Origin: Somniosus microcephalus
Lineage: Eukaryota
Assembly (NCBI GenBank): GCA_052327205.1
Contig: CM126223.1
Span: 62,062,001 to 62,126,000 of the forward strand
Length of the DNA: 64,000 nt
Direction of reading: 5' to 3'
Position 1 is the stretch's first letter; every line of letters starts with the position of its first letter. Below the pieces are notes generated by a model. The model was not told the origin of the DNA and ran no database searches. It saw nothing but the letters and a program-made list of their open reading frames with translations. Below, piece by piece: positions 23,263 through 36,704 of this stretch. The position numbers and the translations under genes are program-made.

Positions 23263-24174
23263 AACAAAATAAGACGACAGATATTGTACACCAATGTCAG
23301 TTGTTGGAAACTGCATTTCTCTATTACATAAATTCTGTGTTCCAACCCCTGCAATGTAATTACTGCTGTCATTTTGTGAGTTGCCATTAGAATAAGGATC
23401 GACAACAATAGACCAAGAAACCTGTTTGAATGCTTCACTGAGTTAAAGGACTAGTGTGGTGCAGTGATGAGGGACAATAGAAAGTGGGAATATTATCTTA
23501 CATCTGCAAGAATGTGTTTACTATAATCCTTTCAGGAAGAAATCCTGCCATCCGTACCTATTTCTGGCCTATATGTGACTCCAGTCCCAGTTCAGAATTA
23601 CTAGTCAGGAAAGTGAATTCAGCCAGATAAAAGGGATCGTGTGGTATACTTTATCATTTTTTACATTATGAGGAGAATTATGAAATAGTTTAAGATTCAC
23701 TGAAAATGTTAATCCATATGTTCACTTGTTATATGAACATTGAAAAATGACAGACAGGAAAAGACCCACTGGTCCATTTAGCCTGTCCTATATAGTTGTG
23801 ATGCTGACTTTATCACAATACAGATACTCCTCACCTGCCTAGAGCCATGTAATCTCCTGGGAGAAATGAAAAAACAGAAAAAAAAACAGGCCAATTAGGG
23901 GGAAAAACCTCTCAAATTCTTCTCCGACCCATTTAGACGATCAAAACTATTCCAGGAGATCACATGGACCCTCATTTCTGTTATAGGACCTCTTGTGCGA
24001 GGTGATCTCTGCCCCAGCCAGAAACAGGCTTTATAGTGAATTGTCTTGTGAATATAACTGAGTACCCTGTTTGCTTTAGTTATAGCTTCACATCATGGTC
24101 ATGAACCTTTAGAGAGTGGTGCACTAAAACACCCAGATCTCTTTCTCTCACCACTGGCTTAAATTCTGTTCTGT

Positions 24175-24395
24175 ATTCATTCGCGGGATGTGGGCGTCGC
24201 CCTTAAGGAATTTCTTGCCCGTCCTTAGTTGCCCGCAGAAGGTGGTGATGCAACTGAGTGGCTTGCTAGGCCACTTCAAAAGACAATTGAGAGTCAACCA
24301 CAGTGGTGTAGGACTGGAGTCACTTATAGGCCAGACCAGGTAAGGACAGCAGGTTTACTTTACTAAAGGACATTAGTGAACCAGTTGGGTTTTTA
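24175..24395 (-). mobile_element. HE1-like SINE
   Basis: Reverse complement of the tail and body seen at 1-307. Confidence 0.65.
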
Positions 24396-24778
24396 TCTAG
24401 TGCCGACCCAATCTATAACCTGGAATTGTCAAGTTGCTAAATTCAGATGACTTCATTTTTGTTGTTAATTTGGGGAATTCTATAGGGGGTAGTGAAAAAC
24501 TATGTTCTGTAGGATCTATGGGAAAATTCAACAATTTAACCTCTGTTTTCAGTCTTGGTGATGTCCCGCACTGTGGTCTTGTGCGCCTCACCTAGATTTC
24601 TCAAATAAAATTAAACTGTTTGACAACTGTAAGTTAGTTATTGACAATTATCGTTTGTCCAAACTACACATGTGCTGCACTGTGGATCCAACCAAATTAT
24701 TCATTGTGAATAGTGTATGTGCGTGTGTCTGTGTTTCTGCTCTTCCTTGTTTTGCAGTTGAGCATCGAGGGTAAGGAC

Positions 24779-24918
24779 CAATGTTGCCTCTAATTTTTTT
24801 TTTGTGCGGTCCCTTTTAAATTTGCTGTGCGGCATCTCATCCAGCGGCGGCAGCTGGTGAGCAGCCTGCACGGGGCCTTGCGATTGATGCGCGGCCACAC
24901 ACCTTAGGGGGAACATTG
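24779..24918 (+). mobile_element. hAT MITE, 140 bp
   Basis: TIRs CAATGTTGCCTCTAA / TTAGGGGGAACATTG; perfect 8-bp TSD GTAAGGAC. Confidence 0.9.
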
Positions 24919-25804
24919 GTAAGGACTCCTGCTTATCTTGAACAAAGTAAAACCTCAGTGTTTATATCTTCAAGTGTACTCCTTGTAGTGCCCTCTGCTA
25001 CCTTGGATCTTTGTATGCAACACATGTCCATTTATTTCCCATGTTAATGTGTTGCCTATGTTTCAAGTACACTCTGATCCTCTTGGAACAAGTTGAATTT
25101 TATAAGAAAAAGTTGTTAGATTTTTATTAATGATGGGCCTTTTCACAGTTTGATCCAAAACATGTACCTATTACATTATTTTTAATCCCCTTTCTTTAAA
25201 AGGACTAATCTCCTAAGATTGTAGACTACTTTTTTATATTGAATGGAGTTTTTGATAGCTGCCAGATATATTCTCCTTTCTATATTTGCCTGTATTCTGT
25301 TGCCACAAAAAACTTGTTACAACAGTACCAGTTATGTGCTGATGCATGCCTTCTAAACAATGTCACACTTGCCTGTATTATCTTGCCACTTGTGCTGTTT
25401 GCACACCTTGCTCCCCACTGCAGAACACTCACCAAAACTTTGTGGTCAAAACATACAGTCGAGAGTGTCCAATGGTGCATCAAGGGTCTCATATGACCAA
25501 CGTGAAGCTCGAGTGGTTTCTCCCTATTGCACAAACCAAGGGATGTTTTCTGTTCTTGACACATTTTCTATCGTACATTGTATATTCAGCTGGAGTTCAC
25601 GGGGCTGGCTTCTGTGATTGGGGGAGGTGGTGAATGTTGACCGTGGTGGGGTGGTGTAAGTAACTAGCTTCTTTAATGTAAAAAAAACAACTTAAAAATG
25701 AGGGTTTTGAAGTCATTGCACCCACATGGCTTGGAATCCATTTCTTAGCTATTTACATGGTGAAGCACCTCTTTTTAATAATTAAACGTGCTGTGTAAAT
25801 GCTA

Positions 25805-25982
25805 TTTTTTTTATTCGCTCCTGGGATGTGGGCATCACTGGCAAGACCAGCATTATTTGCCCATCTCTAATTACCCTTGAGAAGGTGGTGGTGAGCCGCC
25901 TACTTGAACCGCTGCAGCCCGTGCGATGAAGGTACTCCCATAGTGCTGTTAGGGAGGGAGTTCCAGCATTTTGACCCAGTAG
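25805..25982 (-). mobile_element. HE1/HER1-type 3' tail fragment
   Basis: 'gggatgtgggcatcactggcaagaccagcatt...gagaaggtggtggtgagc'. Confidence 0.65.
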
Positions 25983-28900
25983 TTGTTGTTAGAGTGGTTG
26001 AGGCTGGGCTTTTTTTAAGCAGGGGTAGTGATGGGTGGCAGTTTTGAAGGGGGAAGGGACAATGTCAGTAAGTATTGGAACAAACAAAGTTAGCTGAGTT
26101 AGTAGCAGCTGGGGTGGAGAGAACGCATGGTGGGTCTTGTGGAACAGGTAAGTCTGGTAAGTCCTGGGTGGGTAGATAGGAGAGAAGTTGCTGAGCATTG
26201 CAGTAAGGGAACTGTGATTGTGGAAGAGCTTGGAAATGTTGTGGATAGTCTCCTGGAGGAAGCAGATTCTGCGGAGCAGTTCGGTTCAGTTTTTGGATAC
26301 AAAGACAATTTTGAGCTTCTCACACTGAGTTGGAGATGAAGGTGGAGGATATAATAAAGGGTGGCCAAAGCAGGTTAATGTGATTTTGGGATTGTCCTTG
26401 CCTTCCAGGCGTAACAAGGAGTTAGCCCCAGAGAAGGAGAGATGCTGCTGCTTGAGGTGATCTAGTAGTGGATGACCAGCCTGATCGTATGCCCTTAAGC
26501 CTACTGTCCTCAGATTTGAGGTTTTAGAAGTGGTGCGTGTATCAGGAAATGGCAGAAAGGGAAGCTATGATGGCATCTGAAAGGGACAAGGGTATCAAAG
26601 AGCAAATCCAGCTGTTGATCAGATTGACCGAGATGATGGTGATGTGGCGGCTGTTGGAGCAAAGGAGAATTAGTTAGAGAGGGCTTTGGGGATAGCTTGA
26701 GGGGTAGGCGGTGGGCAAAGGTGTCTAGGCCTTGAGTGGTGGCATGTTTGAGGCATGGGTGTAAGTAGGGTATTTAGGTGCTGAACTAGAGTGCTGTTCT
26801 ATCACAGGATTCATTTCACTTCAAACCACCTTGTTTTTTAAGGCTGTAATTTAATCTAATTTTGGTCTCGTAATTTATTATATTGTCTGAACCCTTGAAT
26901 TTAGATGCCTACTCTTTGTACAACACAGCAAACACATTGAATTCAATCCAGCACAGCGCTGAAAGAGAAAGAAACAGCAAGACAACATTTTGATGATATG
27001 TTGTAGAATGGCACGTGGAAGTGCCAGAGTGGTTGAAAAACATAGGGAATGACTCGTGAATTTGATGGGGAATGGGACACCAGACAGCAGTATTGATAAC
27101 AAAAATGCTCACCAGCATTTGAGAAGTATTATGGTTTTGTAATTGTTAACGAGAGATGAGGAAATGGTTAGGGTTGGAATCTTATTATTGATCTGGAGTG
27201 TACATTTAAATAACCAATGGTGTTGCATTCATTTATGCCAGCACATTTTGTGTTCTTTCTATAATTGATTTTGTCAGCCAGCTGATGAGAATCAGTTCGC
27301 TGTGGCCATGTTTTTGTAGAAATGTATCTGAAAACCTTTGATATCATTGGTCATTATTTACAGGGCAAAATTTCTGGGGACCCTATTGGGTGGCGGGGAA
27401 GGTTGTGCACCCATACAGATGCTTCTATTTTGTCGGTCTCTTTCCTTCCCTGACTGGGAATAAGAAACAGTGGGCTAGATTTTACACTCCTTCATCGACA
27501 ATGGGCAGATAATCTAGCCTGTGATCCATGGCCCCTGCCAGTTGGTGGATGTCGCTCTGGTTCGTAGAACACACTTTTTCTATCGCTGGTCTGTTACCGA
27601 TGTGTTTATATTGCGTAGCAACTTTAAGAAGTAGTCTTTTACTATTGACTAAGGCACTGCCTGCTGTGTTAACTGTCCCATTTATATTGCGGACGCTTTC
27701 TACAGAATCCAAGATAATTGTACTTGTACTCGATTGATATGTGTACTTTTTTATATTGTTTCCAGTTATCATGCCTTCCCCAATGGCCGGTGAATTTTCA
27801 TACAGGCCCTTGACCCTTCTCCAGCGGCTGGGGAATTTTCACTTAGGCCATTGAGCAAACAAATGACGTTGGCAGACAGCTGCTCAGCCTGCAGGCAGCC
27901 AGTAAGATGTCACTCTGCATCTTCGATGGCAAATTTTTATCGTGCTGTCAGGGACAATTAGTGCCGCCACCGTCACCTCTTTATTTGGGTCTTGGAGCCT
28001 CTGGAGGCAGCAGTGTTACAGTACTTTGTTTACTGTGTTACAGTTAGTGAGCTAATCCAGTATTAGTGAGATGACCTCAGTCTATTGGAGCAGTGTTCAT
28101 TTTCTCACATTTAGATACCGGGCACCTGGATAAGTGGCATTAAACCATAGCATTCTCGGGCACTCGTGCCTCTTCAGTGGCCACTGTTTGAGAACCATTT
28201 TAGCATCATCATTGCCAGAATGAATTGTAATGATCAACATAAATATTTAACACTTGTCAATCTGGGAAACAGATTCTGAGCGTTCTCTTTCAGTTTAAGT
28301 ATGATTTTCCAGCTAGCCTTGCATGTAATGAATTTGTCCTTTTTATATTAGGTCACTTAATGAGTGATTCTGAAGAAGTTGAGCCATTTTGTTGAGGGTA
28401 GGGAATAAGTGGAAAAAAGATTGTGAATTTTACTCCATGCTACATTACCTTTTTTTATGCTTGAACATACAGAGAGGTAGTTATTTATTAGTGAAGCCTG
28501 TGTAGGCTCTGATCTGGTTATCTTGGCTGAATGGAGGATAAGGTCTTCAGAGGAAATTAAGGGGAGAACTGTAGATTAAAAGCAGTATTATTTATCCAGA
28601 ACCAAATTTCTGCTGATGTGCCTCCATGTGACAGATATTGAGCCCCTCAAGTATTGCTCAGTGGGGTCATGTCTGACAGGATTACAGGCCTGTATAATTC
28701 TGCTCAGTTTAAAATCGTGAATGTAGCTGCAAGCGTGATATAGCAGGAATTAACTTGTAAATATAATTGAAGATTAACTCAGCAACATAGAAATAGCATC
28801 ACTTGTTGTAGATTGACATTATGGCTCTGCAGTCTACTGAATTTAAAGTTGATTAAATTAAATTATCTGATAACTACATTTTTTTTTTAGCATAAATTTC

Positions 28901-29266
28901 CACTTTAGTCTTGTTATTTATATTGCTTCATTCAAATTACTGAATAATTCATATTTTTAGTGACAAAAATAGCTTTGAATTATCAGGAGTTGAGTGTATT
29001 GCGTCTTCCTCGGTGTAATGGCTATTTGTTTCTTCAAATCCTTGCAACATTGTTGTCCTTGATGTAGAACAAAAACACTTAAAAACCTGTATTGTGGAAA
29101 AACCTGTATTGTGAATTCCCCTGGTGAGGAAAAAGCTGTAACTTAAAGTTGCAGAGGTTTATTTTTCAAAATGAAGTCAGCAGCATCCAATCGATAATGT
29201 GTGTTTATCTATCATTTGAGATATTTGACCAAACTTCTGGTGGCCAACTAGCTGACGAGATCAGTT

Positions 29267-29493
29267 CAATGTGAGAAGTCACACAGCACCAGGTTATAGT
29301 CCAACAGCTTTATTTGAAATCACAAGCTTTCGGAGCGCTGCTCCTTCGTCAGGCGAAGTATTCTTTAGACTTCACCTGACGAAGGAGCAGCGCTCCGAAA
29401 GCTTGTGATTTCAAATAAAACTGTTGGACTATAACCTGGTGTTTGACTTCTCACATTTGTCCACCCCAGTCCAACACTGGCATCTCCACATCA
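29267..29493 (+). mobile_element. Penelope-like inverted-repeat insertion
   Basis: ~90-bp inverted arms (29268-29359 and 29369-29457) with a 9-nt spacer; 9-bp flanking duplication AGATCAGTT (29258, 29494). Confidence 0.75.
29371..29408 (+). ncRNA. Minimal type I hammerhead ribozyme motif
   Basis: UCAC-CUGACGA-A-GGAGC(AGC)GCUCC-GAAA-GC-UU-GUGA: conserved core, stem II, palindromic stem III and stem I are all present. Confidence 0.7.
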
Positions 29494-32400
29494 AGATCAG
29501 TTTAGTTTTAGAATGTGTGCTATGTTGTACAGATTTGATCAAAAACTGAAATTAATGATCTTTAGATTGTTGTTTCAAAATAAAAATGTATTGAAGTTTG
29601 TAGATGCAACCATCACACTGACACACGTGCAAAGTTCGGCATCGTACTTCAATAAAAATACGAACAAAAGAAAATCATTCATTTCTAAAGTAAAGACACC
29701 TCCCGCCAACAGAAAATATCTTCAAATTGACTTTGTTTCACGCTTTTATATAAAAAAAATTAATTGAAAAGAAAGCTAGTCTGATCGCTAATTGACCCGT
29801 GCATCTTTCTCTCATTGCCCCAGAAAGGTGCAGGAATTCCCCTCGTGGCCTTAAAGGGACACTTTAAGTTACTCACAACTGCACTTCAGCAGCAGAATTA
29901 TACATGGTGTGTTGCATGGTACTGTATAATGGTCCCGTCCTTATAAAACAGCATCTCCACTAATCTACTGTGAACAGCACCATAAGAAGTGTTAACATAC
30001 ATTATAAAATATAATATACACGAGGATTGCTTGGTTCTAACAAGTAACATTTTGAAAGCTGTTAAAGAAAATGCCAGGTCACATAGGAAGTGCCATCAAT
30101 TGAATCAAGGAATTGATGGCTGTTGGTGCATTAGCCACGTTGAGGCCTGGTAAAGTAGCTCCAAGCAAAGAGTCTTTTTCATACCATTGTATCAGTAATG
30201 GAAGAGAAGTGGGATACTATAGTTACGGGTTTAAATGTAATTGTAGTTCTGCTGTTCCCTTCCTCTGCCACTTGAGAATTGTGAAACTACCCAGACTATA
30301 CTAAGGGCTTTTTATTTAAACAAACTTTAAATTGGAGCAGTGAATGGTTTATAATCACAGTGCCATTAGACCCAGGGATGGCAGTTTTGTAAAAGTGCTG
30401 CTTTTTAAAAAGAAATGTCCCTGTACCAGAATGATACAACAGCCGTGGTACCTGACCAGTGTTGTTTTATGCTCTTTTGAATAACTGAGCCTGTTTCTTG
30501 AGATTACACAAAGCAATCATGAGCCTTAACAATCAAAACATTCCTGAGAAGATAGGGACCATTTATAGTCCAATGTTTATATGTCTATAAGAATAAAATT
30601 AGAACACGCACTACTTGATATGATATAACCGCATACTTACTTCAGTCCATTAAGAAAATGTTGTGAAAGTATATCACATAATACTCGGTGCCCCCTTACT
30701 GTGTGTACTTTAGTTTAAGCACCACCTCAACTGTGATTATTGGTGTGAAGTTGAGCTGCACAATTATGTTGATTGATTATATGTAACTTTTAAAAGCCCT
30801 GCTTACACAACCAATGACTGACTGAATCAAAACAGCAGCATTTGATTTTGATCTGACTACTGCTGATTTGAGTTAAAAGTTGCACCTCAGATTGACGAAC
30901 TAAATGTGAATAATGTGTAAACTTTAAAAGGCCCACCACGTAAAAAATATTTAAAATTCCTTTCCTGGTGGATCAGATTGAGGCCAGCCCAGCAGAATCA
31001 CTAAATTATTTCAAAACGGGCTGAGGCAGCACGCTCAATGACTGCAGCAGCAGCAAATGCAGGAGAAAAACATTTTGCCAACAGTCACAGGGTTTGGTAT
31101 TTGCAGTAAAGATTGACACCTAATGTGTGAAGGGCCTCGTATTAGAATGGATGAGAAACTTACAAGAAATTGTTACGGTGTGTAAGCAGGCTAAACTACG
31201 TTTTATACGTGTGGAGGACCCAAACTGAAGGCTAACTCTTGGATTAAAAGTAAATGTTATGGTATGAGTAGAGCGAGACATTTGCATTTACTGATGGCTT
31301 CCTTTACATTATTTTACATTTGATCCTCACTTAAGAGGCATCTCTAATTTCCTGAACTCTTAAATGTACTGTGCCTACTTGATTTGCAGTGCATAGTCTT
31401 GTGATCTCATAGAAATGTCTTGGAGATGTAATACGGAGCAAGTCTGAAGTGAATTTGTTTTAATCTGAATCTAGGCCACCCGTTGCTGTGTTGTGCAATT
31501 CAGTCTGAACTCACTTTCAGCGTGAGAAACAACAATTACATGTAGCGTGTTGTAGCAAACTTGAGCTGATGTTTTCCATACTTATCGCAAGGATTTAGTG
31601 TATTCTGCCTAGTGTTTTACATTGGAAATTGTTTACAACCAATATGAATAGCAAAGATTTTAACCATGTTAGTACCAAAATAGTATCCCGAGACAATCGT
31701 CCATTGAATTCTAAACAGTAATGTGTTTTTACTCCAATTAAAAATCTATCTTATCAGTGGGGCTTTTGTTAAATAAAAAAAAATCTCTACTAGCCACTGA
31801 TGAAGGTGCAAAATATTCTGAACCATTCTATTCTTAACAGGTGTATAATTAACATATCTGTGCTGAAAGCAGGGTTGAAATTCATTTTAATCATTTTCTT
31901 TGGTTTCATGTCTAACTTTTCTGTATCTAACCAAAAATTCTGTAAAACTTTTTGTTTCAAATCAGCTTTACTGATGACTTAATTCTATACAGTAGAGTCC
32001 AAATAAAAGCATACCCGACGCAAGCATAAAATCCCAATTTACTCCCCCTATGTAGAATTTCTGATCTAAATCCAGTGCAAGAATAGATGCCTGAAATCTC
32101 TGGTAATCAATGTTGGTTATGCCTTTATCAGGATTCAACTGCATTCTAACAAATTTATCCTATTGCTTTTTGTAATAAAGTGCAATCTCTTGTATGAAAA
32201 TGCTTAATGCTTTAAAAGACCTTCTACCTGAATCTGCTTTCTTAAGCTTTTCTTTCTGTATTTTACTCTGTTTGCTGAGGTGTTGCATGTGAAGCCTAAT
32301 CTGTATTTTAAATAGCTGTAACACTCTGTAATGTATGACTACTGCATATAGTATTTTCTGACTTTTTTCTGAAGTGGCATCTTGCTAATAAACATTGATC

Positions 32401-35400
32401 TTGGAATATTTGATGGTGTAATGTCATGTTGACTTGCCCTAAACTAAAAGTGCCCACAGCAAGTGGTGCATGTCCTATTTATCAAACTCCTGCAAGTGTA
32501 CAAAAAGATTTGAACTAACAGAATGGATGTGTGATGCACTGACAGTGACATGTAAAACCCATTTTTTTTAAACCACGATAAATTTCAGATCATGATCACA
32601 AAAAAATGTTTTCTTTGGCCACTGAAGGCTAAATGATGTAACTTCTCTCAAATATCTTGCATGCCATCTACATTTTTGTCAAAAGGAAGACTCCCGAGAT
32701 GTGAGTTATATCCCACAATTGTTTTCTCTGTAGTTGCTCTGTTATGGCCAGTTCCACTGGTGTGATCATCATATTTTGGGATTTGAATTTTTGGGGGTGA
32801 AACTTGTTGATCTCCCGTGACAGAATCCTAAGAAAAATTCTTCCTCTGTCACTGCAGTTGTGTTCCATTCTCTAATGCATTCTCTTTTTGTCTGTATCTT
32901 TCCATATGTCTTCTTCTTTTCCCTCTTCCTCTCTGGTTCTCATCCACTTTGTCATTGTCATCTTTCTTTCTCGGTGTTTGTCTTTAACTCCTTTTGTTCC
33001 AATTTCTGTCTCCCTTCATTAAAGAGTCTCCTCCAATCTGTCTCATCTGTCCCTAAATATCTCTCACACTGCATGCTTCTCAACACATGTTGCTTTACTG
33101 ATTTTACTCAATTTGTATTTTTTTTTTTTACTTTGGAACTCCCTCTTCTCCAAACCTACCTTTTTTGACCATGCCTTTGGTTATCTCTCCTAACTACTCT
33201 GCAACACCTTATGGCATTTGTGCCCTCCCGTGTGAAGTGTCGTGGAGCATTCAAAGTTTTGTTGTAAAGGCGAGGGCATATAGCAAGAAGGTTGATAACG
33301 TGTTGGAGGTGGGTACTAGGTCTGAGTGGAGAGAGGCAGGGGACCAAAGCCACCCTGGAACTGCTGTATTGTTCTGGTGAGAGGGAACCTGGGGCCTGGG
33401 TTGGGAGTAAGGGAATAGGGGCTGGAGGGAACATGGGACTGGGAGGGAGGCGAGCAGTCTGGAAACTATGCCTACCGATAGTCATATAGCCTTTCTGTTG
33501 TTGCAGTGGATCAGAAGCCATGGGGGCCACTGCATCATGGAGCGTCTAAAGGGCTGGCACAAAGGCTCGGTTGGAAGAGAGTGTCAAGTTCTGGTTGGGA
33601 AGGACTGGAGCTGTTGGTCATAACGTTGGGCTTGGAAGGGAGGGAAGAAGGGAGGGGCAGGCAGTGGCCAGGCAGCACAAAGCCGAGGACTGCAGCTGCA
33701 GGTTGGGCTACAGGGCCAGGGAGAGTGGCAGAATTTGGGCATTGAGCTGGGGGAGAGCAGTGGGAGCAGGTTCTGCACATGGAGAATAGAGAGAGTGACC
33801 AGAGTGCAACATAGAGCTGGAAAGAACAGTGGGAATGGGCCCGAGAACTATGCAGAGCTGTAAACCCATACAACTACTGCAATGGTGGCAGCAGAACTGG
33901 CGTACTCAAGGTGGACCACAGTAGGAGGGAGGAGAGGCAGAGCTTGGGGTATGCCTGGAAGGGAACAGAGCTCAAGCAGTGTGTAAAATGCCTGGGACTG
34001 AGGGGAGAATGGGAACTCTCATGACAGTGAAATAACTAACATTGTAAACTCACCACAACATTACAATCAAACAATAATATAACAAGCAAGCATATCAAAC
34101 AAATATTCATGTGACTAACCGATCTCCTATGGCATTGCTTAGCAGATATCCTGTGTTATAACAATAATGTTATCAACAAAGTGTGATGGGGAAGGTGTTA
34201 CAGGAAGTATATGTGACATTTACAAGAAGTGTACTATACGCAAGACAGTTCATATATTAATATACCTAATTAAAAATGAATTGGATAAAGAGGTTAAATG
34301 CATCTGGAGACACTGACTGCTAGTTAGGTGTTAGTGTGATCTGACTTTGGAATGATTATGTTTTCAACATTCTCAAAGCAAATTTTCACGACAGAAAATA
34401 CAATTAGAATAAGACGTCATCTTCATAACCCGTGAACTATTATGCAGAACTGGGCTTACATTTACTGCAAAGTATTTTCGTCAGGGCTTCCTGGGAGACA
34501 CGATAAGGTACAACATAAATGCAAGTCTTTTTTCTCTCTCACCATCTTTAAGTTGGACACAACATTTCTATTGGCGACCTTTAGCTTTTCCATTCGTTTT
34601 GATCAGTTAGCTAAATCCTGCAAAAAAAATTTTTTTTTTTAAAGAAATCTGACTGGATTAACAATTCTACAATACCGTAATTATTCAATTCTACCAGTTC
34701 TGACTATGTCCAGTAAAGCACAAGTGTGGACTTTATTGATAGCATTTTTGCAGCCAGGTAACTATTGGAATTGAAACCAAACATTAATCAATGTTTTGAC
34801 TTGTCGTTGTTAAATGCACATTTTTTTTTTTAGGATTGTAATTTATTTTCTAAAGTTTAAGATTTGCCCCCACTCCTGCAATTGCCTCAGTCAGTTTGGA
34901 AAATTTGAATGCAATTGTCTTCATCTCTTTTTTTTTAACTGTGAGTAACATAAAGACAACTTTGGCATCTAACAATATTCTCAGCAGCCTTCCTTAGTTA
35001 ATCCATTCTTCAGAGCTGTCCTGCTACCTTGCAGGCTTGATTCCATTGCCATTGGGGTCTTGATCTCAGCACTGCATTTGAAAGGAGTTGTGACTAATAG
35101 TCACCTGCCCACAGAAAAGGTGAAAATCTGAGAGGGTTGTTCATGAGTCACTTTGGACATGTTGCAGCATCCAATTCAGAGCAGTAATGCAGAAGGCCAG
35201 GGAACAGTTCATCTTCCTTATTCTAATAACAAGTACCTGGCCCAGGGAAGAATGGGTAGAATATTCCCTCAAGTTTTTTTTAAATAAGTTTTAAAGAAAA
35301 ATAATAGTTATTGAAGGCGCTTCTGGTTATTGTCCTTTCTTTCTGCTCTCATTAAGTGGCTTATGTTTTTTGTGCTTAACTTTGAGAAAAAAGTAACTCG

Positions 35401-36432
35401 TCATGTCATGCTAAAAGACCTCTAACTTTTGGGATTGTGTTTGCTTGCTGGATGAGTTACATTCAAGTAGGTTCCTTGTTTGCTAAAAAGGAATTCTATC
35501 TGCCCTATCTGTAAACTAATCTCCCTGTTTCTAATAGGAGGTTCAGCCAGTGTTTAGGTTGAGAAGGTGACTTTCACAGCATTGCAGTAAGTGCTAAGTA
35601 ACTAGCAAAGAGATCATGTTATGAGTATCCTTGACAATTAGCAGCTGACTTGTACTTCTCACCTTACGTAAACCTGACCAGGGAGGTGTTCATTGTGTGC
35701 CTCCTTTCACCACCTTTTTAGGCGAGCATTATTTCCATCATTGTTGCACTTTCTCCTTCACCCTGAAGAGTGAGCTGTTTGGAATGGGGCAGAGGTTATT
35801 CCTGGCCATCATTTGTGCTGTTGCATTGAGATCTAACTGGAAATAATCCTGTGGGGAGGGTGAACTACCCCATTGATATTTCTCTCTCTTTCTCTCCCCT
35901 TGCCCTCCCCCATACATCCTCATTAAGCGTTTCGCTGCTCAGAATTGATCCATATGGTTCTCACCTGAGCATTGTCAAAACCTGACCGATGAGGGAAAAC
36001 TTGACTTTGAATATTAACGAGTGTTATAATTTCAACTTCTGGGACTGCTGATTAGGTGTCCAGCAGTCTTCATGTCTGTGTTGGGGCTGTATCGGGTCCA
36101 GGTCATTTATATTTATAATCCAGAAAATCTAAGCTACTCGTATCTATAATAGCAAAACAATGCAACAATTATATTTTGGTAGCTGATGCCCAGTAGGATT
36201 AGGTTGGTAAGAAGCCAGTTACTGTACCAAGATTTGACCTTCCATGCAGAAATACACCTATTTTAACATCTGAAGAAAGCTAGATTTTTGATGGGACAGT
36301 TTATTCAAAAGTACATGCAGCCATTCGGTTATGATTACGTGTGACTTTTGACCAGACAGAAAAACAAATTCAAATTCCTTATAACTGATAAACTTGATGA
36401 AGTGAAGTCTGAATAAAGATCTATCGAATCCA

Positions 36433-36704
36433 AGAACAGATTTAAAGTGATTGACAAAAGAACCAGAGGCGGCATGAGGAAAATCTTTTTTTTAACCCAG
36501 CGAGTGGTTAGGATTTGGAATGCCCTGTCTGATTCAATAGTAGCCTTCAAAAGGGAATTGGATAAATACTTGAAGGAGAAAAAATTGCAGGAATATGGGG
36601 AAAGAGCGGGGGAGTGGGACTAACTGGATTGCTCTTCGACTGAGACGGCGCAGATTTGATGGGCTGAATGGCCTCCATCTGTGCTGTACTATTCTATGAT
36701 TCTA
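36433..36704 (+). mobile_element. CR1 LINE 3' end
   Basis: ORF2 C-terminal 'FFTQRVVRIWNAL' and attctatgattcta tail. Confidence 0.8.

Noticed and set aside
25990-26775. Possible LINE endonuclease remnant on the minus strand
   Set aside because: Too degraded to classify from the sequence alone.
33156-34020. Purine-rich block with several short ORFs
   Set aside because: No recognisable domain, splice signals or termini; probably a decayed repeat.
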